A DNA stretch of 64,000 bases from Felis catus (GCF_018350175.1 NC_058368.1:122204001-122268000), one strand, 5' to 3'; positions 12,255 to 25,742 are shown, counted from the stretch's first letter. The notes: generated by a model not told the origin, from the letters alone. A program made the numbers and translations.

Positions 12255-12606
12255 AGAAAATGGAGGCCCAGAGAGAATGAGTAGCTAGTTAAATGTCACA
12301 AAGCTTATAAGTGGCAGAGGTGGATTTGGCTCAGGCAGTCCAGACTTGCGGTGTGTGGTCTGATTCACTGGACTCGCTGCCTTCCTTGCAGGGCTCCACG
12401 TGGACGGGCAGTCGTCACATTGATTCATTTCTTCGCTGGAAGAGCTGTGAGTCCATCACAGTCATCTCTGTATTTTCAGGTTTGGCATAAGGCCAGGCAT
12501 GAAGTAGATGCTTAATACATTTATCAAAGTGTTACACAGTGATCCTCAGATTGTTTAAGATAGGGAATTCTGGTTTGTTCGTTTTCAAGTTTTACAAGGA
12601 TCCCAT

Positions 12607-13040
12607 TGTAGATGGCCTCTAAAAGGACCCCCAAATCCCCTCATCCTGGTATTCATGTCCTTCTATATTCTCTTCCCCTTAAATGTGAGATGGACTTAGG
12701 AATGTGCTTTCAACAAATACAGTACAGTATGATGAGATGACACTCCAGAGCTTTGTCAGAAAAGACTATGGCTTCCATCCTGGGCACTCTGTCTGCCTCT
12801 CTGTGGGGTCTCTCCCTGCCCTTTAGCTCTCCTCCGGGGGAGGCCAGCTACCACACAGCGTAGCAGCCCTGCAAAGACGCCTGTGTGGGTTCTTTTGGAA
12901 GCAGCTTTGAGGCCTGCCAACAACTTCGTGAATAAACTTGGAAATGGATCCTCTAGTCCCAGGGGAGCTTCGAAGCAAAACAACTCTGGCTGGTAGTTTG
13001 ACTATAACCTCATGAGACACACAGAGCCAGAGGCACCAGG
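12607..13040 (+). mobile_element. MaLR LTR (MLT1E/F-like), 3'-truncated
   Basis: Begins TGTAGATGGCCTCTAAAAGGACCCCC...CCTGGTATTCATG. Later contains TTGACTATAACCTCATGAGACAC...GAGCCAGAGGCACC. Confidence 0.75.
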
Positions 13041-13121
13041 GTACCCCTCTGCTGCCTCATCAACAGCAACCCACCTTCCCATCCCTGTGAAACAAAATGC
13101 GTAGGGATTAAGAAAGAAAAC

Positions 13122-13338
13122 GGGGCGCCTGGGTGGCGCAGTTGGTTAAGCGTCCGACTTCAGCCAGGTCACGATCTCGCGGTCCGTGAGTTCGAGCCCC
13201 TCGTCGGGCTCTGGGCTGATGGCTCAGAGCCTGGAGCCTGTTTCCGATTCTGTGTCTCCCTCTCTCTCTGACCCTCCGCCGTTCATGCTCTGTCTCTCTC
13301 TGTCCCAAAAATAAATAAACGTTGAAAAAAAAAAAAAA
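13122..13338 (+). mobile_element. Young SINEC_Fc
   Basis: CpG-intact GGGGCGCCTGGGTGGCGCAG head and pure A tail. TSD AAGAAAGAAA. Confidence 0.97.
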
Positions 13339-13429
13339 AGAAAGAAATGGACTGGACAGAATTGACATTTTAAAATGTTCTCATATTTCTCTCCATATAT
13401 GCTCCTCCAGTGGTATGTTGCATCTCAGA

Positions 13430-14282
13430 TAATAACCTTCTCTTTCTCTTTCTCTTTGCTCAGGCCAAAAAAAGCTTTGGAGCCATCCTTGAGTCCCCTT
13501 GTTCTTTCACATCCCATATCTAATCCATCAGCAAAGTCTATTAGGTCCACCCTTTAAAACCAGTCAGAATGTAACCACTTCTTAGCCCTCCACTGGTGTT
13601 GCCTGGGGACTGGCTCCCACAATTTTATCCTTGGGTTCTGGCAATAGCCTCCTACCTAATCTTCCTTCATTGACCCTTAACTCTCTAGAGTCTACATTCA
13701 TCACAAGAGACAGAGGGATCCTATTAAAGCATTAGTCCATGAACATCACTCTCCAACTCAAAAAACCATCCAATGGCTTCCATTTAACTAAGAAGAAAAG
13801 CTAATGTCCTTAGGAATGGTTTCACGTCCTACTTCTCTCCATTCTGGTCACCTCACTCCAGTAACACTGGGCTGCTTGCTGTTCCTCCAATAGGCCACAT
13901 ATGCTCCTACCTCATGGCCTTTGAACTGTCTGCTTCTTCTGCCTGAAACACTTTTCTTCCAGGTAACTGCACCTTCTCGGAATGGTTTTGCTCATATGTG
14001 CCACCAAGGTCCTCCCTGATTTCTCTAGCTACAATTGCACCCCTTCTCAATACTCACCATCCACTTTGTCCTGCTTTCTTTTTCTCCATAGCATTTTCCA
14101 CTTATAAAATTCTACGTAATGTTGGTATTTATTATGTTTATTTTTTTGTTTCCTCTCGCCAGAATATAAGCTCCAAGACAGCAGGAAATTTCACCGATTT
14201 TGTTTATGGCTGTATCTTTACTGCCTAGAGTGGTACATGCCATGTGGTAAGCGCTTTATCAATAAATCTTCAATGAATCAGT
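13430..14282 (+). mobile_element. L2 LINE 3' fragment
   Basis: CCAATGGCTTCCATT, CTGCTTGCTGTTCCTC, AGAATATAAGCTCCAAGACAGCAGG, and a terminal AATAAATCTTCAATGAATCA. Confidence 0.85.
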
Positions 14283-15690
14283 ATATTAACCCTGCATCTT
14301 CTCACTTTGAAATGTGTATAATATAATCATACATATTCAACAGTATATGTAATGTTTATGTTGTTTCGTGTTCTACAGTAGAGTTTTGTGGTTTTCTTGT
14401 CCTTCAGCATCCACAAAATATAATTTTATCCTTTTATTAAAAAACTGAAGTAGACCTGTATCTATTGTTATGGAGAGATGTCTACAACATATTTTTTGCA
14501 AAAAAAAGAAATTCAGAACAGTATGTTGTATGATTCCATTATGATAAAAATTAAAAAGTACGCATGTATCTGTGCTTCCTCACCCCTCCCCACCAACTCC
14601 CTTACTGGAGTTAAAGATACCTTGAAGACAGGATGAGAGGAGGATACCTTGATAATGGAGAGAATGAGCCAGAAATCCTTTAATTACAAGGCAGCAGAGA
14701 TGGCATACAAAGAGAAGGTCAAATTTGGCAGGATAAGTGGCCTAATGCTCTGAGGGGTACTCTAACCTTTGCCTCCTTTACAGCTTTCCTCCCCTCCCTG
14801 ATACAGTCCCACCCACAAGGAAACCCAGATGATCGACAACCTTAAAGATTAAGGTTAGGAACAGGGGTGGGGGACAAAAACAACAGTGGGAGAAAGATTG
14901 AAGGGAGAGAACGGAGGCTCCCATGTCTGAGCTAAGAGTGAGCTGAACTCAAATCCCTGTGGACTTCAGTGGGCTGGGAGTCGTCTTGTATATGAAACAA
15001 AAATTTTATCTGTTGTTTTGCTACTGATTCTCATTGTACAGTACGCTGCTCTCTATGAAACTGATTATTAGGGTGTTTTATCACATGTGAGTTGAAGCTA
15101 ATTCACAGTCAGTTTTTGTGAAGGTTTATACATGCTTGAAAGGAACCGCCTTCTCTAATTTGTAAGCACAGGATTTTATACACATACGTGTTTATTACAT
15201 GACACTAGCTAACCGTATTAATCAAATATTCTATATCCTTACTAGTCTAAGCATTTTTGTTAGACCCTGTAACTTCTGGGAGTGTTGTATTTCTACATTT
15301 ATTTTCATATGGGTACTCTAAGAAACAGTGATTCCTGAAATGATTAAAAAGACATCCATATCTAGAAAGAACCCTGTGCAATTTCAGAACACTTAAATTA
15401 CTTTATTTCTTACTCATTTTTCTTGTTTATTGCATGGCTTCTTCTCTAGAACTTGAACCTCCATAAGGAGCATTTTGCCTGTTTTGTTCTCTGTGGTATG
15501 CCTTTGCCTCCAGCACTGTGCCTGACAGAGTACACATCTATAAATACTTGTTCAAGTAATTAATTCAGTCATCCCCTTCCTTCAATATGGGTTCAATTTC
15601 CTTCTTACTGCGGTTCATATTTCAATTTTTCTTTTCGGGTGGGTCTTGAGCGGTAAATTCTCAGAGCCCTTAAGATCAGAAGTTTCTATT

Positions 15691-16587
15691 TTTTTTTAAG
15701 TTTTTATTTAAATACCAGTTAGCTAACCTACAGTGTAATATTAGTTTCAGGTGTAGAATATAGTGATTCAACACTTCCATACATCACCCGGTGCTCATCA
15801 GGAGAAGTGCCCTCCTTAATTCCCACCACCTATTTCACCCATCCCCCTCCCCCCCCCCCCCCCCCCCCCCGCCACCACTTCCCTTCTGGTAACCCTCAGT
15901 TTATTCTCTATAGTCAAGAGTCTGTTTCCTGGTTTGTCTTTCTCTTTTTATTCCTTTGCTTGTTTCGTCTGTTTCCTAAATTCCACATATGAGTGAAATC
16001 ATATGATATTTATCTTTCTCTGACTGATTTATTTCGCTTAGCATAGTACTCTGTAGCTCCATCCAGGTTGTTGCAAATGGCAAGATTTTATTCTTTTTTT
16101 TATGGCTGAATAATATGCCATCATATGTATATATATACCACATCTTCTTTATCCATTCATCAGCCGAAGGACACTTGGGCTGTTTCCATAGTTTGGCTAT
16201 TGTAAAAAACACTGCTATAAACACCTGGGTACATGTGTCTCTTTCTATTAGTATTTTTGTATTCTTTGGGTAAATACTGAGTAGTACAATTGCTGGATGG
16301 TAGGATAGTTCCATTTTTAATTTTTGAGGAACTGCCATACTATTTTCCACAGTGCCTGCATCACTTTACTTTCTTACCAACAGTGCAAGAGGGTTACCCT
16401 TTCTCCACATCCTCACCAACAACTGTTGTTTCTTATATTGTTGCTTTTAGCCATTCTGACAGATATGAGGTGATATCTCATTGTAGTTTTGAATTGTGTT
16501 TCCCTAATGATGAGTGATGGTTGAGCACCTTTTCATGTGTCTGCTGGCCATGTGGATATATTCTTTGGAAACATGTCTATTCATGTC
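15691..16587 (-). mobile_element. 5'-truncated carnivore L1 (ORF2 C-terminus + 3'UTR)
   Basis: ORF 15976-16350 is the L1 ORF2p C-terminus (IAKLWKQPKCPS..EWIKKMWYIYT). TSD CAGAAG(T/C)TTCTATT at 15677-15690 and 16588-16601. Confidence 0.93.
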
Positions 16588-17117
16588 CAGAAGCTTCTAT
16601 TCTGTCCTTATTCTTGAATGAGAGTTTAGCTGTATAAAGTGCTCTATGTTGATAATTATTTAATTTTTCTTCAGTGGTTTGAATCAATTATCCTGGTAAT
16701 TGTTTTCTGACCCTCAGTATTGTTATTGGGAATTCAGCTGTCTGTCATTCTTTGGAAGACATTCTCTTTTTGTCTGAGAATTTTTTAATTTAATTAAACT
16801 CCTTTATTTTGAGACAATTATAAATTCGTAAGCAGTTGTAAGCAATGACAGAGAGCCCTTGTGCCTTTTATCCAGTTTATTGTAAAATTATTGTATAATA
16901 TCACAACCAGGAGGATACTGACATTGATATGATAAAGATACAGAACATTCTTATCACCCCCCAGGATCTCTCATGTTATTTTTTTTTTCACTTTTTCATG
17001 TTATGCTTTTATAGCCATCCCAACACTCCCCTCCCTGTTTAACCCCATCCTAACCCATGACAACTATGAATCTGCTCTTTAATTCTATAATTTTATTTCA
17101 AGAATACTATAGAAATA

Positions 17118-17382
17118 GAATGGAGAGGTTAAATATATAAACTGAGGCAACAAATATCCAAACTGACAATGACAACAGAACTCTGACCTACGAGCTCTGC
17201 AGCATCCAACCTGGAAAGTCAAACCATAATCTCTGCATCAAGCAGCCCGGAATGGTCAGGACTGTGTCCTTGACTCACACTTGCCCTGTATTTTGCCCAT
17301 ACTTCCAACCTAGGGCCCACTAGAGAAAACTAGATATGCTCCCCAAACCAGCCACACATCATACCTTGCTTCTAATTAGCTC
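17118..17382 (+). mobile_element. ERV1-type LTR fragment (subfamily uncertain)
   Basis: CAGAACTCTGACCTAC...CTCTGCAGCA...GGAATGGTCAGGACT pattern resembles old ERV1 LTRs. It interrupts the L1. Confidence 0.5.
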
Positions 17383-18240
17383 TTATTTTATTATTTTCTT
17401 CTGCTGCTTGCTTTGGGCTTATTTTGTTCTTCTTTTCTAGGTTCTTGAGGATCTTGGATTATTGATTATTGATTATTGATTTGAGAATTTTCTTTTTTTC
17501 TAATGCATGAATTCAGTACTACAAATTTTCTTCTCAGCTTTAGCCACATCCCATAAATTTTGATATATTGTATTTTATTTTCATTCAGTTCAATATATAT
17601 TTTACATTTTCCTTGAGACTTCCTCTTTGACCCTGGATTATTTGGAAGTTTGTTGTTTAGTTTCCAAGTGTTTGGAAAGTTTCTTATTATCTTTCTGCTA
17701 ATGATTTCTAGTTTGATTCCACTGTGGTCAGATAACACCCTCCATATGATGTTAATTCTTTTAAATTTGATGGGGTTTGATTTATGGTGTAGGATACGGT
17801 GTATTTCCCATGAGCACTTAAAAAGAATGTGTGCTCTACTGTTGTTGGCTGTCATGTTCCACAAACATCAATTAGACCCTACTGGCTGAGGGTGTTGCTG
17901 TGTTCTTCCACATCCTTGTTATTTCTGTCTAGTTGTTCTATCAAATTGAGAAAAAAGTGGTATTGAAGCCTCTAACTGTAACTGTCTATTTCTTTTAATT
18001 ATATCAGTTTTGCTTAATATATTTGGTTAGTACGCATTTAGAATTGCTATGTCCTTTGATGAAATGATTCTTTTATCATTATATAATGCCCCTCTCTGTC
18101 TCTTGTAATTTTCTTCACCCCTAAGTTCACTTTATCTGATGTTAATTATAGCTAGTCCTTCTTCCTTCTGACTGTTTGCATGATGTATATTTTCCATCCT
18201 TTTACTTTCAACATGCCTATATTGTTATATTTGAAGTGAG

Positions 18241-19111
18241 TTGTTTTTTCTTTTTTTAAAGAATAATAGACACTTATTCTTTGTTCCTACAAAATTTGGA
18301 CTTGAAAAACATAACCGGAAACATAATTTATTATTAAAAGTGATTTATGGTAAAAATTCATCAACTACAGTTGGGAGTTGATGACTCCATATATTTCAAG
18401 AGATTTAAGTTTAAATATACTTTCAAAAGCTGTATTTTTATCTTACTGGTTCTTGTACTACCAACCCCAATTTTTTCATGTAAAATGCCTACTTAAAAAG
18501 ATAACTATTTGCTGGGACAGACATCTCTTTGTAATTGAGGTTCTCAAATGGAACTATTATGTTCACATTGATACACACCTCCATGATGAAAAATATACCT
18601 TTCAAACAACTCAATTACACATCTGAATTGGTAGGAACCAGATAATGGTGGTTATAAGTAATTTTCATTAATATTTACAGAAAAAGATATATGGAAAAAA
18701 ACATAATTGGAGGGGGGAGGGTTAAAAGCTTCCTCAATATTCTTAAATGGTTATCACCTTTTTGTGTTGGTCAGTGTGTCTGTAGGTATTCAAGGAGTAT
18801 TTTTATGTAAGGAAACCCATAATACAAATTTTATTTACTAGATAAAACACTTAAATAGTACATAAATTAACTTCCCATTAACAATGGGGAAGGTGTTAAA
18901 GCTGAACATATTGTTTTACTATAATTTAGAGCCTTTGTGCTAAGGCAATTTGGGGAGTGTGTTTTCTTCTTTCACATTTCTAGAAACAATAGTTTTTATA
19001 AATCAAGTCAAGTACTATGGATTTATTTAGAATGTAAAATTCAGTGATGATTAATTTCTCATTATCAGTTCCTATAAGTTTTCATGGCATACAAATTGTC
19101 AAAAGAGCACG
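18241..19111 (-). pseudogene. Putative retrocopied mRNA 3'UTR fragment (source gene not identified)
   Basis: Non-L1, AT-rich ~870 bp inside an L1. T-run at 18241-18257 (decayed poly-A) with a minus-strand AATAAG about 15-20 nt before it. Confidence 0.5.
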
Positions 19112-20479
19112 TATCCTGTTTGGGATCTGCTCAGTTTTCTGAATTAGAAGGTGGGTGTGTGTCTTTTTTTAAAAATATATGAAGTCTTAAGTCATTATTT
19201 ATTTGAGTACCTTTTCAACCCTGCCTTCTTTCTCTTCTATTTCTGGGACTCCCAAGACACGATTGTTAAATCTTTTGTTATATTTCCACAAGTTCCTGTG
19301 GCTCTGTTAATTTTTTTTAATTTTCAGGCTAATTTATTTCTGTGGTTCAGATTGTGTAATTTCTTTTGTTCATCTTCTAGTTAGCTGATAGTTTCCTCTT
19401 TTTCTGCCATTTTGCTTTTTAGCCCACTCTTTGGGCTTTTTGTTTTTGTTTTTAATTTTGTGTATTATATTCTTCAGTTCTAAAATTTCCATTTCGTTCT
19501 TTTTTAAGATCTTTTTCTTCTTTCCTGAAACTTTCTATATTTCTATTTGTTTCAAGTGTGTTTATAATTACTGTTGAAGCATTTTTAAGATCACTTCTTT
19601 TAAAATCTTTGTCAGATAATTCTAACATTTTTGTCATCTCGGTATGGGCATTTGTTGTCCTTTCATTCAATGTGAGATCTTGTTCTTTGTACAATGAGTG
19701 ATTTTCAGTTGAAATCCAGACGTTTGGGTAGTTTACTATGAGCCTCTGTGTTTTAATTAAGCCTTCTGTTTTAGCTTGTTTCCTTTAGGACACTGCTCCA
19801 GAAAAGAAATGGGGAGAGGTGCAGGATTATAACTGTCTTTGGGGATTAGAGTCCATGTTTCTCATTTGGCCTCCATTAATACCTGAGAGGGATGACTCTT
19901 CATTACTACTGGGAAGGCGTGGCAGTGTGAAGAGGAGGTTCTGACTCCTTGGTAGGCCTCCACTGATACTTCCATGAATCAAAGGGACAGTTCCATGCTA
20001 CTGTTTCCCTTCAACGACACCTGATGTATGTTGGGGGAGGGGAAGGTGGCTTTTGATTCTGCTGGTGGTGGTGGTGAAGTTCTGACTCTCCCCTAGGGAT
20101 CCAATGACACCCCTAGTAGGGAAGAGGAGGGGTGCCTCATCACTACCGCCAGGTGGGGATAGAATCCTAGGCACCTCATGTGGTCTCCACTGTGCCCGCA
20201 GTGCAGGGAGCCTCAGTAGCACCTGGCTGAATGAATGTCATGGGTTTCTACTTGGCCTTCTGTGATCTCATCTGAGTGGTGATGTTGAGATAGTTCATTA
20301 CACACTCTTGAGGGCAGAAGTCTAGGCTCCCCACTTGGCCTCTGGTGGCATGTGTATTATGACCGACAAGACGTTACTCTGAGGTAAATCCAAGACAAGG
20401 TGTGGCAGCCATGTCTTCAGTGAACTCTAATTCTCTGTTCTTGTGATGGAGAATCTACTAAGGATCCCACAGAGTATGA

Positions 20480-20705
20480 GACTGAGAATGTGAATGCAAC
20501 TCTGTAAGTTGCCACTGTGTGATCTTAAGCAGAAGTTTGGTCTCTAAGCCTCAACTTTCTCATTGACAAAATGGGGTTAATAATGACAACTGCATAGGAC
20601 TGCTTGGAGGCTTTACATTGGTGGTAAGTGTGAAACTCCCAGCTCATAGCAGGGGTTCTATAAATGACAGTTGCTATCATCATCATTAATGCCATTATCG
20701 TCACT
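20480..20705 (+). mobile_element. MIR SINE
   Basis: CTCTAAGCCTCAACTTTCTCATTGACAAAATGGGGTTAATAAT core. Confidence 0.8.
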
Positions 20706-21276
20706 GTCACATTAACCAGAAATATCCAACATAGTTTTACATGAATGTGAGTCACATATAAACCAAATTCTGATTCCCTATGTGAGAACACTGGAATGGT
20801 TTGTAGCCATTCTCTGTGGGTCCAGAGCTGCTATTTAAGCCAGAAGGCAGGAACAGGCCCCAGAGCTATTGTGTGACCTACAGAAAACTACCTCTCATTA
20901 AAGCACCGTGTTTTCCCTCTAGGTATGAACCCACTTCAGGAATAACTGAGCAGATTTTGGGTTCTTGAGGTCAAGAGAGGCAGTCAGAAAATCTCTTCCA
21001 GCCACTTGGCTCTTACTTGGCTGCATTCCAGCTAGGTCACATGGGCATATGACAGGGACGTGGTCCATTTCAACAACTCAATACAACTCAAGCAAACTTT
21101 TCATGAACCATCCATCACTAGAGCCAAGCAACAATCTGGTAAGGTAGGGAAGACATTTTATAGGATGGAGGGGAAAAGGGTGAAGGCTCAAAGAGGTAAT
21201 AACTTGCCTAATTGAGCAAATAAGCAGCTAAGTCAGGAGGGGACTCAGGCATTCAATAGGTATTTGGTGAGTACTA

Positions 21277-21545
21277 TCTTAGTTTGGGTTCCTCTAGAAG
21301 TCAATCCTAAGCCAAGGATCTGACTGTGAGTGGTTTATTTGGGAGGTTATTTCAGAAAACATTAATAAGGGAGTAGGAAAGTGAGAAGGAGAGAGAAGGT
21401 AGCCAATAATGCATTTTTAAGCAATTCAGTGTTGGGGACCACTGGGACTAAATCCTGCTGTAGGATATATATATCAGAGTTATTCCACCTGAGGGGCAAG
21501 AGAGCTACAACCCATCAACCCCAACAGTCCTTGGCTGGTGCTTGT
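21277..21545 (-). mobile_element. Old ERVL/MaLR LTR fragment
   Basis: TCTTAGTTTGGGTTCCTCTAGAAGTCAATCCTAAGCCAAGGAT...GGTTTATTTGGGAGGT is the typical antisense LTR terminus. Confidence 0.6.
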
Positions 21546-23944
21546 GGATTTTATTACCTAGCAGGAAAGATCAACAAGGTAAATAGGTAATTATAATGCA
21601 GAGTGATCATGGCCGTGAGTACAGAAGTACATTATGCTTGGGAACATATAGGAGGGTCCCTCAGCCCAAGATTGGGAGGGCCAGAGGAGACTTTTCTGTA
21701 GGCAGTGGTATCTCCAGTTTAAGTCACCACTCTTTTGCTTCTGAAGTTTCCACAATTCCTGTCCCCTTTGTACAGAATACTCTGTCCCCCATCTTCAGCT
21801 GCCTGTCTCCTACACAGTCTTAATATCTCCACTACATGTCACTTCTTCAGAGAGTCTTTTCTGAGTCTCCACAATGGGCTTTATTTCCCATCAATATGCT
21901 TTCCCAGTAATCAGGATTTATATTAACATTAAACAGGAGGAGTACATGCCTTTTTCACTATTGTATCCTCAGTCCTTGGCCCAGTTTCTAACACACAGTA
22001 ATAGTTTTAGAATTATCTGTTGAATGAAGGAATACAGGATCTGTCCATAGAAACAGTCACACTCTCTGCTGAGGCTGGGGGCCCAAGGAAATAGGTACTT
22101 TAACTGGGGTGTAACCAGTGACAAGTTCCACCTTCTGAGAACTAATTCACTAAGGCTGAATGTGTAGGTTAAAGTCAGAGATGATGTAGGCACTTCCCAG
22201 TTCAATGAAGCACACAGTGATACTCTGCCAAAAGGTGGGAAGGAAATAAGGATTGCCTTTGGTATCCATCTACCTGCCTTCCCAAAAGTTCAACTCCGCA
22301 TTTCCCGAGTAGCTACTACATGCCAGAGATTATCTTCTGGGGACTCAGGAAAATGCAATACAGTGTCTATTCTAGTGAGCAAGACCCATGAGCTTCAGAA
22401 GACAGGACAGAGAAAACACACCCAAGATGATAGAACAAAGACCAGAATGAGGGAGACCTTAGGGATTATGAGTAAAACACACAATGGGCAGAGGCACAGA
22501 AGGGCAAGGTTTCCCCTTTTGGACTTTCTACTGGTGGCGGGAATGAATCATCATTGTTGGATGGATCTAACTGTCCAATGTTCATAAAATCAGCAGTATA
22601 TATTGTGCAATATGTCATGTTTTAATTTATTCTGAGGTAAGGTTCAAGTCTCAACTCTCTTATCACAATAAATGAAAATGACAACAATGTGGTCGGTGTT
22701 CATGCAGGAGTCATCAGAATCCTGGAAGGATAAACAACCATGCTTACTTTTGGTTATATTTTGGTACCAAGAAGAGTAGGATACACGTATGGGCGTGCTC
22801 ATAAGCAGGCCTTCATTATGGACAGAGTTAAGCTAGGCCTATGACAGATTCATAAATAAAAATGCCATCAGGTCATCAAAGAGAGGGAGATTTCAGATCT
22901 TACTGGTAGATCGGGAAACACTTCACAGAGGAGAGCTTGACCTTGACCTTAAATGATTGGGAGAATTCTGAGTGTAGGAGGGAACAGAGGGTAGCTTAAG
23001 TAAAACAGTCCGTGGAAGTGGTTCAGGGACTTCTAAGTCATGTGGCATATAGCTGGAATGTGGTTTGTATGGAAGGGAATGTAAGGCCATAAAAGAGAAA
23101 AGGCAAGTTGAGTTGAGGGAAGGGAGCAAGTTGAGTGCCATACTCAGAAGATGGGACTGTTGCCTGTTGGCGCTAGGCAGTGACAGAAAATCTCTGTCAG
23201 AGAACCCTGGTGTCTGTATGGAAGACTGATTTCAGGCACAGCAGACAGAATCTGAAGGCTATAGTGACAGAGGGACCTGGCCTTCAGCAGCAGGAGAGGT
23301 AATGGAAAGGAGGAGACTGATGGAAAGACATGGTGACTCCATGGGGACATAGAAAAACAAGTTCAAGGCAACCCTGAGGTTTCCAGTTTGGGGCCACGTT
23401 GAGACTGCCATTACAGAAAGGGCACTCAGGAAGGGGGTTACTCATGTTCCATCTGGTCCCAGTAGCTCCTTCCCTCAGCGTATGCCCCACAAGCCCTCAA
23501 GCCCCTAGACCGTCCTGGATTCTCCACACCACCCCCCCCCCCCCCAACCTGTTTCCCCCACCAGGCCTGTCCAGGCCTGGCTTCAGGACTTTGAGAAAAA
23601 TAACCTCTTTGAAATTGCATTTCCACTTCGAAAATCAGAAGCCCGAAACAGGATGGCATCCACATCTAAAGTTCTACTTTCTTCTGATTTACTTCTTCTG
23701 TCAGGGCCGAGTACACTCAGTTACATTTTCAGGGCATCCTTATCTTCCCACCAGGTGCTGGTATTTAAACAAGGCACAGTGCCTCTCAAAGGAATGTAGC
23801 AGTAATGGTGGATTGCAACCAGAAGCCACAGAGGCAGATCTGGAAAGGAAGGGGTACTCTTCTGATCCTGAAATCCTTTCCTGTAGCTACGCCTGGACTC
23901 TGGCTCCCACTAAGGACACTAGTGCTTTCCATGAGCAACCACAG

Positions 23945-23955
23945 ATGACTCAGCA
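23945..23955 (+). promoter_or_regulatory. Perfect ARE / NF-E2-type motif
   Basis: ATGACTCAGCA. Motif only. Confidence 0.35.
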
Positions 23956-24153
23956 CAGATGAGGACATCAAACTTGTCCACCATCCGCCCAAGGTGGGAC
24001 TGAGGGGCCCTGAGCAAAACACACAATGGTTCTCTGGGTGGGCCCTCAGGCATAAGACTGGGCCAACAGCAGACCCTGGCCCCCACAGGTGTGGCTTTTC
24101 CCCAGTGCCTTACCCACTCTGACAACTCCATTTCTAGCACCCTTCTGAATGAA

Positions 24154-24325
24154 AATGGGGTTTTCAGTGTGCAGCCTGGACTGTTAGCATGGCCATTACC
24201 TAGAAACTCATTAGAAATGTAAATTCTAGGGCTCCATCCAAGGTACCCCAGGGTGGGCCCAATAACCCCCACTTTGACAAGCCCTGTAGGAGACTCTGGG
24301 GCATGCTAACATTTGCGAGCCAATG
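24154..24325. mobile_element. MER5A-like hAT-Charlie MITE
   Basis: ATTAGAAATGTAAATTCTAGGGCTCCATCC...GGGTGGGCCCA...ACAAGCCCT. Confidence 0.75.
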
Positions 24326-25649
24326 AATTAGAAGATGGAGAAAAACACTGCATTACTCCTCCTAAATAATACATGAATATATTCATTATTTTGAGCTGGG
24401 CAGACCCAGTAACATAATGTAGTACAAATTTTAGAATGGATGGAATTTATTATTATTTTTTGTGGGTATGAATAAAGTAGCTACTTTAGTGAAACCTAGC
24501 AACCTCTCTATGGACAAAGGAAGAAATTACCAGAGAGGCTGAGGTCTTAAAACTTCAGGTAATTAAGGCAAATAAGTGCTGAGTTTTTATTTGTATCATC
24601 TAAATGTGTGGGTTTTTATACCCACTCTTTTTCTTTTTTAAAGCTATGTAACCTTTGATATAAATGAAATCTAAACTGAAACCCCAAATGTAAAACAGAT
24701 AATTGGGTTGTACTCTAAGGAAATGGGGAAGAAGTCAGATCGCTGCCTCACGCTCCCTCCCTCCACCTCCCCCCCCCTTCCCTCCTCACCTCCCCCATCC
24801 TCCTCCAGTGGCCCACAGGGCTCCAGGCAAGGCCCATTACTGCAGAAAATAGCTTTAATTCCCTCTTTCCATTGCATACTCGATGCAAAGGCTTCAGGGA
24901 AATTCTATCATATTCCTGGGACAGGCATTTTAATTAATACAAAAAGGAAATTTGTTTTTGTTGTGACTGTGCTTTTCCCTGAAGACCAAGGAAAGGGAGA
25001 AGGGAGGGGACTTCATCAGGGAGTGGCCCTTTCAAGGGCAAGGTGAGCACAATGCAAAGGCAGGTGCTTCATTCATCTTTGCAGCCCAGAGACGGAGCCA
25101 CCTGCCCAGGAATGCGCTCACAGTAAATACCATTAATTGAGCCCGACAATCTGAGAAGCCTATTAAATTGCCAGCCCAGGAAGTGGGAGTGACTCAATGT
25201 CTATGTCTGTCACTGTGTTTTGCTGGAGCAGATGCGGCTGAATACGCCTGCTTCGTTTCTCCAAGGCCTTTTCCTGAAAAGAAAAGCCCACCTGTATTTG
25301 CATGTATACGTGCGTACAGCCTTCTAGAATAACGGAAACCTGACTGTACCAGCTGTTCATTTCTTTCAGACTTGGTGTGAGTCAAGTTTCCTTTGGAAAA
25401 CAGTGTTACAGACATGTTGATCCAGAAGGGGTTTTAGGCACCTTCTAGGACAGTGGTTTTGAATGATTTTTCTTTTAAGAACTAATCTCTTTCTTCAAAA
25501 TAAATGTTACCCAGAAAGAGATTAAAAGGCGGTTCATTCCACCTGCCCCTTCAGCCTTCCCTCCTTCTCCCTGTCTGACCCAATGACCCTAAGGAATGCA
25601 GCAAAGCCTAGTTTGAAAAACAGCTCAAGAAGTAGAAGGCCTTTTCTTT

Positions 25650-25680
25650 TTTTAAAAAAAATTAATGTTTATTTATTTTT

Positions 25681-25742
<62 letters not shown>

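Larger units (their letters stand above)
16790..20360 (-). mobile_element. Fragmented old L1MC-like element: 3' end (~16790-17115), ORF2 endonuclease region (~17380-18244), ORF1 region (~19112-19750), 5'UTR (~19750-20360)
   Basis: Peptides LSDHSGIKLEI..NTWKLNNKL (ORF2 EN C-terminal region) and EMTKMLELSDKDFK..NTLETNRNIE (old L1M ORF1). Pieces are collinear on the minus strand. Confidence 0.8.

Noticed and set aside
14600..15050. Possible ancient LTR
   Set aside because: LTR-like texture, but I could not match it to a family with confidence.
23399..23962. Longest ORF (187 aa)
   Set aside because: Non-ATG start, begins in L2-like sequence, runs through a poly-C tract, and has no recognisable domain.
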